Sequence record: PZ019085.1
Length of the DNA stretch: 64,000 bases
Direction: 5' to 3' (one strand)
DNA from: a phage
This document shows, piece by piece, positions 23,515 to 31,714 of the stretch; position 1 is the stretch's first letter, and every line of letters starts with the position of its first letter. Below the pieces are notes generated by a model. The model was given only the letters and a program-made list of their open reading frames with translations. It searched no databases and was not told the DNA's origin. The position numbers and the translations under genes are program-made.

Positions 23515-24030
23515 ATGAATATTCGTTTAGGCAGTACAATTCCTAAGGGCTACGTAATTGATGTCACTACCTATGAAAATGATGGTGACAACTATAAAAC
23601 CAAAACATTGTTTGAAGTGGAAGAGCATGAGCTCCAACAGTTTAAATATCTCTTGAAGAAATTTAAGAGCCGTCATTCTAGCACCAAAGCCGAACGTTAT
23701 TGTGGTAATACACCATTCAGTGATTGCTCGCTTTTAATCTATGAATACTTGGTTGAAGGACTGTTCTCAGACCAGCTTTATCCAGAATTTATTAAAAAGG
23801 TCTTTGATATTGAAGTCGACCTCGGTAATAAATCTGAAGAAGATGAATCACGCGTATTCGACCTGTTCTTTGTGAAAGGCGATGAGATATCTCAAGGTCT
23901 TATTGATATTCTTGGCTACGCTTCTGAATACTATGATTACGATTTCTTGCGTGTAGTTGAACGTGTCGAATTTGCTTATATTGAAAAAGAAATTGTTTTG
24001 CCAACCGTTAAAATGGTTGATTTGCTTTAA
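23515..24030 (+). CDS. hypothetical protein
   Basis: 171-aa ORF, acidic; no recognised family. Confidence 0.6.
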   Translation: MNIRLGSTIPKGYVIDVTTYENDGDNYKTKTLFEVEEHELQQFKYLLKKFKSRHSSTKAERYCGNTPFSDCSLLIYEYLVEGLFSDQLYPEFIKKVFDIEVDLGNKSEEDESRVFDLFFVKGDEISQGLIDILGYASEYYDYDFLRVVERVEFAYIEKEIVLPTVKMVDLL

Positions 24031-24109
24031 GAATTATGTGTTATTATTAATTCATACCCTCTATTACCAAAGGTGCCCTAAAGTGCCTTTCATAATAGAA
24101 AGTTATTTA

Positions 24110-24184
24110 GGCCCTGTAGCTCAATGGGAGAGCTGTCAGCTCATAACTGATAGGTAGCTGGATCGAAACCAGCCAGGGTCACCA
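24110..24184 (+). tRNA. tRNA with CAU anticodon (Met or Ile2)
   Basis: hand-folded cloverleaf: acceptor GGCCCTG/CAGGGTC, D-arm GCTC-AATGGGA-GAGC, anticodon stem GTCAG/CTGAT with loop CTCATAA, T-arm GCTGG-ATCGAAA-CCAGC, encoded CCA. Confidence 0.75.
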
Positions 24185-24187
24185 ATC

Positions 24188-24264
<77 letters not shown>

Positions 24265-24282
24265 ACTTTAAGTGAGGAAAAT

Positions 24283-24627
24283 ATGAAAGGCAATGTTTAT
24301 CTGGTAGTTCATGATTTAACGTTTTATTTTAACGAACGTGAAACAGTTATTTCCGATAGGTTAATTAATTCGCTGTATCAGCATGCCGATTACATCTATG
24401 TTCAAAATGAATTTGGACATTGGAAGTTTCTTAAAAACCGTTCCGGGTTAACTAGTTTTGAATACTTTGACCGTAAAGACCTTTTAAACGAAATCCCATT
24501 GCAACATCGGTTCCAGAAACGCGAATCACTATACTATTGTCGTCATATACCAAATGCTGAATGTGCTAATGAAGCGATTAATCTATGGCGTCGGCGTCGA
24601 GAGCAAATTGATAATATGCCAAAATAA
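24283..24627 (+). CDS. hypothetical protein
   Basis: 114 aa from ATG 24283 (SD GAGGAAA), chosen because the longer ORF start lies inside tRNA-Arg. Confidence 0.55.
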   Translation: MKGNVYLVVHDLTFYFNERETVISDRLINSLYQHADYIYVQNEFGHWKFLKNRSGLTSFEYFDRKDLLNEIPLQHRFQKRESLYYCRHIPNAECANEAINLWRRRREQIDNMPK

Positions 24628-24931
24628 GAAGCCGGGTCGCTACCGGCAAGTCGTCGGACTGATGTTCCCTGAGTAAGGACTGGTCTTAATAAATCTTTAT
24701 GATTTGTTAATATCCCCTTACATCACAGCAGAAACGGCGCACAGAATTATCGATTCGAGGAAATATCTTTGCCGTAAGCCGAGTAGCGTTTTTGACGGAA
24801 CGTTCGGATATGGTCGAGATATGGCCTTTTAAAAATATTGAGTAGCGTCAACTGCTTAATAACCGGGTTCGAATCCCGGCGTTTCGTACAAACACTTGCC
24901 TTAGTAGGTGGAAACCCCGACAAGGTATATA
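24628..24931 (+). ncRNA. candidate structured non-coding RNA region
   Basis: about 300 nt with no ORF of 60 aa or more on either strand, downstream of the tRNAs; contains a tRNA T-arm-like CCGGG-TTCGAAT-CCCGG and a GCCGG hairpin; T4 encodes small stable RNAs next to its tRNA cluster. Confidence 0.3.
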
Positions 24932-24959
24932 GCCCCTTCCGAAAGGTTGGGGCTTTTTT
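24932..24959 (+). terminator. rho-independent terminator
   Basis: GCCCCTTCC-GAAA-GGTTGGGGC hairpin (two internal T:T mismatches) followed by TTTTTT. Confidence 0.65.
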
Positions 24960-24960
24960 G

Positions 24961-24968
24961 TATAAATA
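24961..24968 (+). promoter_or_regulatory. T4-type late promoter (TATAAATA)
   Basis: exact TATAAATA 35 nt upstream of the ATG at 25004, directly after the terminator. Confidence 0.6.
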
Positions 24969-25003
24969 TAGTAAACAATAAACCTACTTTCTAAGGACCA
25001 TCA

Positions 25004-25630
25004 ATGTATACTTTTAATGAATTTTTAGCCGAAACGGAAGTAATCACCGAAGCCGGTGTACGTATGACAAAAGAGAAATGGCAAGCTGCTTACGATGCTA
25101 TTTCTGGTACAAAAACTAGTACAGAGTTTTTCAAAAACGTTCAAGCCATGTATGGTATCGACACTTCCAGCCAAAAAGAATATTACAGAGCTTCTAAAGC
25201 ATTCAAAGATATTGTTAGTGGCGGTGTTTCTGCTAAATCGGGTTCGCCTAAAGTAAAACCTGCTCCTACCGTTCCTAAACCTGCGACCCCTAAAGCAATA
25301 GCAAAACCTGAGCCTAAGCCGGAAGTAAAAGCAACTCCTAAAGCTCCTGCTCTTAAGTTTGATACTTCTAGCCTGGAAAAAAAATATAAACAACTATCTT
25401 CGCTTGTTCGTGATATTGAATCCGATACATCTTCACTCGTTCGTGAATTCAACAGTCTTCGTAATGGCCAACATATCAACAACCTTGATACCCCAGACCT
25501 TTATCGTCTTTATTTGACTATCGAAGGTTTGAAGTATACTCAACCACTTCACGATGCGATTAAAGAAAAACTTCGTCAGGCAGGTCGTTTGGCTGCTGAC
25601 GCTGCTCAGTATGCAAAAACCCGTAAATAA
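25004..25630 (+). CDS. capsid-targeting-sequence protein with Lys/Pro-rich linker (candidate internal/injected protein)
   Basis: 208 aa; N-terminus MYTFNEFLAETE resembles the T4 CTS; central KPAPTVPKPATPKAIAKPEPKPEVKATPKAP linker; late promoter directly upstream. Confidence 0.6.
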   Translation: MYTFNEFLAETEVITEAGVRMTKEKWQAAYDAISGTKTSTEFFKNVQAMYGIDTSSQKEYYRASKAFKDIVSGGVSAKSGSPKVKPAPTVPKPATPKAIAKPEPKPEVKATPKAPALKFDTSSLEKKYKQLSSLVRDIESDTSSLVREFNSLRNGQHINNLDTPDLYRLYLTIEGLKYTQPLHDAIKEKLRQAGRLAADAAQYAKTRK

Positions 25631-25649
25631 TTAAGTTACAATCACTTAA

Positions 25650-25674
25650 GCCCCTTCCTATGGAAGGGGCTTTC
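25650..25674 (+). terminator. hairpin, possible terminator
   Basis: GCCCCTTCC...GGAAGGGGC perfect inverted repeat followed by TTTCGGG (weak U-run). Confidence 0.45.
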
Positions 25675-25708
25675 GGGCATCTAGGGCAGATAAATTTTTC
25701 ACAAAGTT

Positions 25709-25750
25709 GTTTACTTCTCCTTGAGGTATGATACTATAGACCTATCAAAA
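25709..25750 (+). promoter_or_regulatory. early promoter cassette (PeSL-like)
   Basis: GTTTAC...GATACTATAGACCTATCAAAACAAATGAGG upstream of the ATG at 25768. Confidence 0.5.
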
Positions 25751-25767
25751 CAAATGAGGAAAACATT

Positions 25768-26271
25768 ATGAGTCTTTATACTGAACTGAATAAAAAATCT
25801 GAAGAATCGCGTGACGTTGTTTTTAAAAATGTACAAAAGCGTATTTTGGAAAAGATGTATGATGCTGCATCTAAAGGTGAAAAATCATGCCGCTTTCCGA
25901 TGAGATGTTCTACAGATTTATGCTCAAATACTATTGAATGGTTAGAAAGCGAAGGTCTTACTGTAGAGAAAAACCCGGCGACTTCTATTGACGGTGAATC
26001 ATATATTAGTATTTCTTGGGATAAACCACAGGTTAATGAGAAAGACGGTGATTGGGTTGTGGATGTTAAGACTTCTGACGGTGGACGTTCTGTTGAAGTT
26101 TCAGCCGTAGTTAAAGGTACACATGGGCAAAATAGCTGGGGGTGTGGTGGTGAAGAAAAAGAAATTGTTCTTAGTGTGATTGCAAGGTCCACTAGCAATA
26201 AAATTGCCCAGAGCATCATCTATGCTGCGTGCATTGAAGCTGGAAAAATTTGCAAAATTAAAAATAAATGA
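25768..26271 (+). CDS. hypothetical protein
   Basis: 167-aa ORF; several Cys (CRFPMRCSTDLC, WGCGG); no recognised family. Confidence 0.6.
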   Translation: MSLYTELNKKSEESRDVVFKNVQKRILEKMYDAASKGEKSCRFPMRCSTDLCSNTIEWLESEGLTVEKNPATSIDGESYISISWDKPQVNEKDGDWVVDVKTSDGGRSVEVSAVVKGTHGQNSWGCGGEEKEIVLSVIARSTSNKIAQSIIYAACIEAGKICKIKNK

Positions 26272-26310
26272 TGTACAAACACCAAGGACGGTGTTACTAT
26301 AGACCTATCA
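26271..26310 (+). promoter_or_regulatory. early promoter cassette (PeSL-like)
   Basis: ATGTAC...GGTGTTACTATAGACCTATCAAATCAAATGAGAGG upstream of the ATG at 26333. Confidence 0.5.
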
Positions 26311-26332
26311 AATCAAATGAGAGGAAAATAAA

Positions 26333-26560
26333 ATGGCTAAAGTTAGTATTGATGTCGTTGATTATGAATACACCGAAGAAGTTATTCGCAACCGTCACCC
26401 TGAAGTTCGTATCGATTCAGTCCAAGATTCCAAGTTCTGGACAACTGAGCTTAATCTGAGTGGTCCTTATGAAGCCGTTAAGAAGTTCATGGTTGAAGAA
26501 TACTGTGAAGGCATGCACCCGGAAGACGCCGAGTTTTATGTCAATTTGATTAAAAAATAA
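26333..26560 (+). CDS. hypothetical protein
   Basis: 75-aa acidic ORF. Confidence 0.6.
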   Translation: MAKVSIDVVDYEYTEEVIRNRHPEVRIDSVQDSKFWTTELNLSGPYEAVKKFMVEEYCEGMHPEDAEFYVNLIKK

Positions 26561-26595
26561 TTTACAAACTCTTGAGAGCAGAGTATAATGCTCTC
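26561..26595 (+). promoter_or_regulatory. sigma70-like promoter inside an inverted repeat
   Basis: TTTACA, 17-bp spacer, TATAAT; palindrome GAGAGCAGAG-TATAAT-GCTCTC; near-identical copy at 56751-56792. Confidence 0.6.
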
Positions 26596-26606
26596 GTTGG
26601 ATAATA
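26565..26606 (+). repeat. 42-bp direct repeat, copy A
   Basis: CAAACTCTTGAGAGCAGAGTATAATGCTCTCGTTGGATAATAAA; 41/42 identical to 56751-56792. Confidence 0.8.
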
Positions 26607-26630
26607 AACCACCAATTGAAAGGTAATAAT

Positions 26631-27224
26631 ATGAACACACTGAAGAAACTTGTTGAATTCATCCGCACTAAACTGGGTACCGCTATGGCTAAAAATCTGA
26701 CTGTCGAAGAACAGTATAACGCAGCTGCAGATAAGTTGATTACCCAAATCAAAGAACTAAAAACGGCTTCTGTTAAATCTATTAATGAAGAAAAACGTAT
26801 TCGTGAACTTGTTAATGAAAAGAACAAACAAGCCGCTTCTAAGGAACGTGAAATTCGTAAGCTCCTGGCTGAAGGACAGGATGTTACCATGCATGCTAAG
26901 CTTGGTCTTCTGTATCGTCGAACTGCCGAACAACTTAATACAAAAGCTGACGGGTATGCCGCTATGCGAATTGAAATTGCTCGTAAGGTGGTTGAACTTG
27001 ACGATGCTCGTCAGAACCTGGCAATCAAACTCGAATACATTCGTGAAACTCGAGCAGCCAATGCCCTTGGTATCTCTACGGCTGATGATGTAATTGAAAT
27101 CGCTGCACTGACTAAGGTTGATATCGAAGACACTCTGACTCGTGTTGAAACGTTCAATGGCACTCCAGCTGGTGTCGAAACCACTTCTGCTGATGTACAA
27201 GAATATATTAACTCTTTGAAATAA
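26631..27224 (+). CDS. coiled-coil protein, hypothetical
   Basis: 197 aa from ATG 26631; largely helical, charged heptad-like sequence. Confidence 0.6.
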   Translation: MNTLKKLVEFIRTKLGTAMAKNLTVEEQYNAAADKLITQIKELKTASVKSINEEKRIRELVNEKNKQAASKEREIRKLLAEGQDVTMHAKLGLLYRRTAEQLNTKADGYAAMRIEIARKVVELDDARQNLAIKLEYIRETRAANALGISTADDVIEIAALTKVDIEDTLTRVETFNGTPAGVETTSADVQEYINSLK

Positions 27225-27232
27225 AATAATAC

Positions 27233-27254
27233 GGAGGACTCCGGTCCTCCTTTT
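27233..27254 (+). terminator. rho-independent terminator
   Basis: GGAGGAC-TCCG-GTCCTCC hairpin followed by TTTT. Confidence 0.6.
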
Positions 27255-27273
27255 GGATAATAAAGGAGTTAAC

Positions 27274-27870
27274 ATGCGAAACCAAAATAATGATATTGAC
27301 TCAATGTTCGAAGAGTTCCGAAATAAGGTAAATCCACCTACGTCTTTAGTTGATTCATTACGATATGTTGCAACTGGACGTAAATGGTACTGGTCGTCTT
27401 CTTATGAGACCACTGAATATGCAAATCGCCGAAAATCTTTATTAGCCCCAGGTATTATGATTCATGATATCGGAGCTATTGCTAAACTAGTTGCAGACCA
27501 TGATATTAGATTCACCGATTTCGTTGCTCCTACGTGGTCTGTTTGTTGTTTAAACACTGAATTGGAATATATCAGCGAACGCTCTGAAGATTATTATGGT
27601 TTTAGAGATAAGCTTCTGAGGTCTAATATGTTTTATATCGATACAGAAGTTCTAGTCGATAATAAAAAATATTACTTTACGTTAATCGTCGATTCTGAAA
27701 CTATGTATGAAGGCAAGCCCTTGCTTAAAAGAGTTGATGCTTTAAGTGCTATTGATGCGCTTTATGAAACCATGATTGTTAGTCCTAATTTCACTAACAA
27801 TTTAATCCTTGAGCAATTTATTATGGAATGTAGAGAATATGTCAAAGCCAACCCTGTACATGCCAATTAA
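27274..27870 (+). CDS. hypothetical protein
   Basis: 198 aa from ATG 27274 (SD AAAGGAG). Confidence 0.6.
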   Translation: MRNQNNDIDSMFEEFRNKVNPPTSLVDSLRYVATGRKWYWSSSYETTEYANRRKSLLAPGIMIHDIGAIAKLVADHDIRFTDFVAPTWSVCCLNTELEYISERSEDYYGFRDKLLRSNMFYIDTEVLVDNKKYYFTLIVDSETMYEGKPLLKRVDALSAIDALYETMIVSPNFTNNLILEQFIMECREYVKANPVHAN

Positions 27871-28234
27871 GCCCTGGGCATACGAATACAAACGTAAATT
27901 AATCCCAAACGAAGTACTATTTGGCCCTATTTTAGCTTTAGCATTTTTAATCTTTATGATTATAGGAGCTATTTTAGATTCCAATAAAGTTATATCGTCT
28001 GATGCAGCGTTTTCATTAATGTTCGTCGCACCACTTATTGTACCATTTTTATTAATGCCTATTAACTGGGTGGGATATTGGTACCAAGGCCGTCATCACA
28101 GAGCCCGATTAAGAGAATGGAAAGTTCAGTGCGCAAAAGCCCAAGCTCAGTATGATGAAGCTGTTAAAAAGTATGAATATGAAGAAGCTATGGAATTCGT
28201 TAAGGAAATAAGATGCAAAAGCCTCAGCTCTTAA
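27839..28234 (+). CDS. membrane protein, C-terminal EFVKEIRCK motif family
   Basis: 131 aa; two predicted TM helices; C-terminus EAMEFVKEIRCKSLSS related to the C-termini of ORFs 28213, 30721 and 31714; alternative start 27860. Confidence 0.55.
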   Translation: MSKPTLYMPIKPWAYEYKRKLIPNEVLFGPILALAFLIFMIIGAILDSNKVISSDAAFSLMFVAPLIVPFLLMPINWVGYWYQGRHHRARLREWKVQCAKAQAQYDEAVKKYEYEEAMEFVKEIRCKSLSS

Positions 28235-28572
28235 CCGTACGGCCTTCTCTTGGTGAGAACATTCTAATTTTTATTATGAGTATTGGCATGGGATTTGCCT
28301 TTGGATTAGTTGGATTTCTTATTGACGGCGTTGTGTTAGGATTTATAGGGAACACTGGTGGATTCACAGACCAATGGCAGGACTTACGGTATACCCAAGC
28401 CTTTGCATCCATCGCATCATTTTGTACTGTAGTCTATTTTTACTACGATTTTATAAACCATAACAAGAAAAATAAAAAGGTTTACGCTTCTCAAATGGTT
28501 AGTTATAATGAACTTCTAGCTAAACGTGAAAATGAAACAATCGAAAACTTTATTAAGGAATGTAGAAAATGA
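28213..28572 (+). CDS. membrane protein, C-terminal ENFIKECRK motif family
   Basis: 119 aa; TM helices FIMSIGMGFAFGLVGFLIDGVVLGFIG; C-terminus ...NETIENFIKECRK. Confidence 0.6.
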   Translation: MQKPQLLTVRPSLGENILIFIMSIGMGFAFGLVGFLIDGVVLGFIGNTGGFTDQWQDLRYTQAFASIASFCTVVYFYYDFINHNKKNKKVYASQMVSYNELLAKRENETIENFIKECRK

Positions 28573-28874
28573 GTAAGATTATTGAAATTAAAGTACCAGA
28601 GTTTAATGATGCCAAATCCGCTTCAGATGCAATTTATAAACTTCTGAATCAAGCTGAACGTATCGAAGAAGAAGCAACAAAGATCGCAGACCAATATGCC
28701 GTATCATTTTCTGTAGGTGATTATGGTAGCGGTCGTACTTATTATCCTAAGGGTGAAATCGTATCCCAGTGGATGAAAAATGAAATTGAAAATAATGGTG
28801 GCGATGTTAAGCGTGAAGGTAATGGTTACGTTATTACTGAAGGTGCTTGGGTTTCGTCTTCTGCGTTGTGCTAA
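28569..28874 (+). CDS. small protein, GWVSSSxxC paralog 1
   Basis: 101 aa ending ...EGAWVSSSALC; shares GDYGSGRTYYPKGE-like motif and C-terminus with the next two ORFs. Confidence 0.6.
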   Translation: MSKIIEIKVPEFNDAKSASDAIYKLLNQAERIEEEATKIADQYAVSFSVGDYGSGRTYYPKGEIVSQWMKNEIENNGGDVKREGNGYVITEGAWVSSSALC

Positions 28875-28883
28875 GGAATCATT

Positions 28884-29156
28884 ATGTCTAAAGAACAAAC
28901 CGAACTGGCCGAAGCTGTAGCAAAAATCTATGCAGCTATTGAGGCTGCCAAAGAAATTGCTGATAAACAAAACACAACATTCGATTTGTATCCAGCTTAT
29001 GGTATGGGTGGAACCTATCATTCACCCGGACAGCTTAAAGCCGATCTTGAACGTTGTACAAAAAACGGCTATGCTGAATGGGCCGACGTTTACCAATACG
29101 ACTACAACCTGAGCCTTGAAGATGGCGGTTGGGTTGCATCTTCTCACACTTGCTAA
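28884..29156 (+). CDS. small protein, GWVSSSxxC paralog 2
   Basis: 90 aa ending ...DGGWVASSHTC; internal YGMGGTYHSPGQ. Confidence 0.6.
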   Translation: MSKEQTELAEAVAKIYAAIEAAKEIADKQNTTFDLYPAYGMGGTYHSPGQLKADLERCTKNGYAEWADVYQYDYNLSLEDGGWVASSHTC

Positions 29157-29165
29157 GGAAACAAT

Positions 29166-29363
29166 ATGTCTCGTGAATTAGATTGTGCTGTACGTACCGC
29201 AGTAGCTGCCCTGGAAAACCTGTTCCAAATTGCAACAGAAGAACGCGAAGAAGTTACATTGTGGATTGAAGATAACGCAGGTCTGAATCTCCAGAACGCG
29301 ATCTCATTATCCAACAATAGTATCACTGTTCAAGGCTGGGTATCATCTAGTTATTCTTGCTAA
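29166..29363 (+). CDS. small protein, GWVSSSxxC paralog 3
   Basis: 65 aa ending ...VQGWVSSSYSC. Confidence 0.55.
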   Translation: MSRELDCAVRTAVAALENLFQIATEEREEVTLWIEDNAGLNLQNAISLSNNSITVQGWVSSSYSC

Positions 29364-29367
29364 AACA

Positions 29368-29406
29368 GTTTACAACAAGATAGGGCTATGTTATAGTAGT
29401 CCTATC
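29368..29406 (+). promoter_or_regulatory. early promoter with inverted repeat (PeSL-like cassette)
   Basis: GTTTACAACAAGATAGGGCTATGTTATAGTAGTCCTATC; about 90% identical to the copy at 22607. Confidence 0.55.
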
Positions 29407-29425
29407 AAATTAAACGGAGTCCACA

Positions 29426-29665
29426 ATGATTTATTACGAAAGTATTGGAACCGAAGTGGTTGCTAAAACCATTACTCGTGAAAAGTTTGCAAAGATATTC
29501 GATATGCGTTATAAAAAATCTGAACACAAAGGCATCCGATTTGAAGATGCACACTGCACAATTTGCCCTTATAATGAAGACATAAACGGTACAATCGTTC
29601 CATTGGTAGAGGCTTCACATGATGACCTCTGGGATGAATATGATATCGCATGTCGTGAAATTTAA
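29426..29665 (+). CDS. hypothetical protein
   Basis: 79-aa ORF; Cys/His pair ...HCTICPYNED... Confidence 0.55.
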   Translation: MIYYESIGTEVVAKTITREKFAKIFDMRYKKSEHKGIRFEDAHCTICPYNEDINGTIVPLVEASHDDLWDEYDIACREI

Positions 29666-29693
29666 GTTAATGAATTAATCCGAGGAAAATATT

Positions 29694-30650
29694 ATGATGT
29701 TAGTTATTGGTTCTCGTGCACTTCACTATCATGGTCTTATTGATTCTAGCGCTATCAAAAATAGCGATTGGGACTTTATTGCGGACCAAGGTTCTTGGAA
29801 TGCATTCAAAAATCAAATGATGGGTGTATATGTTCACCAAGATAACCCTGATGTCCAAGTTTTCAAATGCTTCCATAATGGACGCGAAACTCATTTTGAA
29901 GCATATATTGTTCCGGCAATCACTAATGTCCGTGAATTAGTCGGTGAACTCACTCCTGAAGATTTCACGTCTTCTTATGACCTTTTAAAATACGCCAAGA
30001 AAAATTTGACTAAAGATCGTTTGACCGGGTTTTACTGGGCAACTCCTGAGATATGTCTTGCAATTAAAATGTCTCATCGTTTCAAGAAAAATAATCCATT
30101 CTTTTTAAAGACTATGAACCATATTCAGTATCTTCGTGGTAAAGGTGTTACACTGAACGATGAACTTACTGAAATTATGCTGAAACGCCAGAAAGAAACC
30201 TTGAATTATGCTCACCCAGTTCTTGACACTTCTAAAAGTGCGTTCTTTAAAGATGACATCTATACATATGACCATGATACTATTCATGAAGCCATTGCAC
30301 TAACAGACCGCCCAGCGTATACATTTTATATGAAAGATGGTTCTGAAGTCATGACCTCACGCGAGAAGTTCGAATCATTACCGGAAATGGTCAAATTGGC
30401 CGGTGTATACGAAGAATCATGTGTACTAGCGTTAGAACGTTCTCAGATTCCTAATGACTTTAAAATTAACCCTGAAGCCAGTTTTATGATGGCATTGGAA
30501 AAAGTCTGTACAAGCATCACCTCTGGTTGGTTCCGTGAATACGCCTGGGAAAACTACAGCAAAGTAGTAAGTATGTACCAAAGCTTAGGACATGATGATT
30601 ACGTTAAACGTTTCAAACAAAATTTCCATATGGTAAAACCTTTCAAATAA
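29694..30650 (+). CDS. putative nucleotidyltransferase-fold protein
   Basis: 318 aa; N-terminal hhhGS...x14...SDWDF (MMLVIGSRALHYHG...NSDWDFIA) resembles the Pol-beta superfamily GS / DxD active-site pattern; remainder helical. Confidence 0.5.
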   Translation: MMLVIGSRALHYHGLIDSSAIKNSDWDFIADQGSWNAFKNQMMGVYVHQDNPDVQVFKCFHNGRETHFEAYIVPAITNVRELVGELTPEDFTSSYDLLKYAKKNLTKDRLTGFYWATPEICLAIKMSHRFKKNNPFFLKTMNHIQYLRGKGVTLNDELTEIMLKRQKETLNYAHPVLDTSKSAFFKDDIYTYDHDTIHEAIALTDRPAYTFYMKDGSEVMTSREKFESLPEMVKLAGVYEESCVLALERSQIPNDFKINPEASFMMALEKVCTSITSGWFREYAWENYSKVVSMYQSLGHDDYVKRFKQNFHMVKPFK

Positions 30651-30662
30651 TTTCGCAAAACT

Positions 30663-30700
30663 GTTTACACAATTATAGGACTATGTTATAGTAGTCCTAT
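30663..30700 (+). promoter_or_regulatory. early promoter with inverted repeat (PeSL-like cassette)
   Basis: GTTTACACAATTATAGGACTATGTTATAGTAGTCCTAT. Confidence 0.55.
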
Positions 30701-30720
30701 TAAAACATGAGGAGAATATT

Positions 30721-31026
30721 ATGAAATTAACAGAAACCAATCTAATCGGTCTTTTAACAATATTTGCATCACCTTTTTACGCAGCCCTTTCTGTTGCAGT
30801 ATTACAAAAGGCTTACGATATGGATGGTGTTCCTGGTTTTGTATTCTTATCACCATTTTTATTATTCGTCGGAGCATTGTTATTATATGCCACGACTAGT
30901 TTCGACCATAACGTCTGGGTCAATTATAAATGCAAATTGTCTGAAGAAGAACACGCAGAAGCTCGTAAAAAAGCTATTGAATCTACCAATCTAGAAAATT
31001 TCATTAAAGAATGTCGAGGAAAATAA
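30721..31026 (+). CDS. membrane protein, C-terminal ENFIKECRGK motif family
   Basis: 101 aa; two TM helices; C-terminus ...ESTNLENFIKECRGK. Confidence 0.6.
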   Translation: MKLTETNLIGLLTIFASPFYAALSVAVLQKAYDMDGVPGFVFLSPFLLFVGALLLYATTSFDHNVWVNYKCKLSEEEHAEARKKAIESTNLENFIKECRGK

Positions 31027-31027
31027 T

Positions 31028-31714
31028 ATGAATAGTTCTAAAGTGTTTAATAGCCAAGCTCGTGCAGTAGGTGGTTTTGCTGGTAAAATTTCTAATGATA
31101 AAATCAAAAACGAAACTATGTTCTTCAACAGCTCATTGGCTTTCGCTTTTGATAATGGTGGCCCAATTACTCGTAGCTTCATCATGAACTTGCCGGATGA
31201 TTGGAACACTGACCAGGTTGTATTTGATTCACGAGTCCACATGCTGATGCCTGGTTGGTATCCTGCTATTCCTGGATATCACCATGATGACGTACCACGT
31301 CCTGATATTCCAGTTGGTCAACACTTTATTACTGCAGGACAACCTGATTATGACAATCCTCGTTACCATTCTGAACATATTCTTGGTCTTGTTAACGCTG
31401 ATGTGTGTCCTACTCATTTTGCAACAGGAACTGCAGAGTTCAGTCAGATTCCTGATGGCGAACTTATCTATCGTCAGTGGCACAAAGAAGTCCTCGAAAA
31501 AATTGAAAAAGGTGAACTAGAGAAATGGGAAGCTCCAGATCGTACTCTTCTTCAGTTTGATTGGCAAACATGGCACACTGGTTCTCGTGCAATTAGTAAT
31601 GGATGGCGTTGGTTCGGACGTGTATCTCGTAATACAGACCGAGTTAAAAAGATTACCAATGAAATTCGTGTCAATGCCCAAGTTTATCTGGAATTCCCTA
31701 TGGAAGGCTGGTAA
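31028..31714 (+). CDS. hypothetical protein with His/Asp-rich motifs
   Basis: 228 aa; GWYPAIPGYHHDD and CPTHFATG motifs, Trp-rich C-terminus; no family recognised. Confidence 0.6.
   Translation: MNSSKVFNSQARAVGGFAGKISNDKIKNETMFFNSSLAFAFDNGGPITRSFIMNLPDDWNTDQVVFDSRVHMLMPGWYPAIPGYHHDDVPRPDIPVGQHFITAGQPDYDNPRYHSEHILGLVNADVCPTHFATGTAEFSQIPDGELIYRQWHKEVLEKIEKGELEKWEAPDRTLLQFDWQTWHTGSRAISNGWRWFGRVSRNTDRVKKITNEIRVNAQVYLEFPMEGW

Noticed and set aside
24860-24900. Possible third tRNA around the GGTTCGAATCC motif
   Set aside because: I could not pair an acceptor stem or build D and anticodon arms around this T-arm; kept only as part of a candidate ncRNA region.
26631-27224. PspA/IM30-like identity for the coiled-coil protein
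   Set aside because: The resemblance rests only on length and coiled-coil character; no conserved PspA motifs could be aligned by eye.
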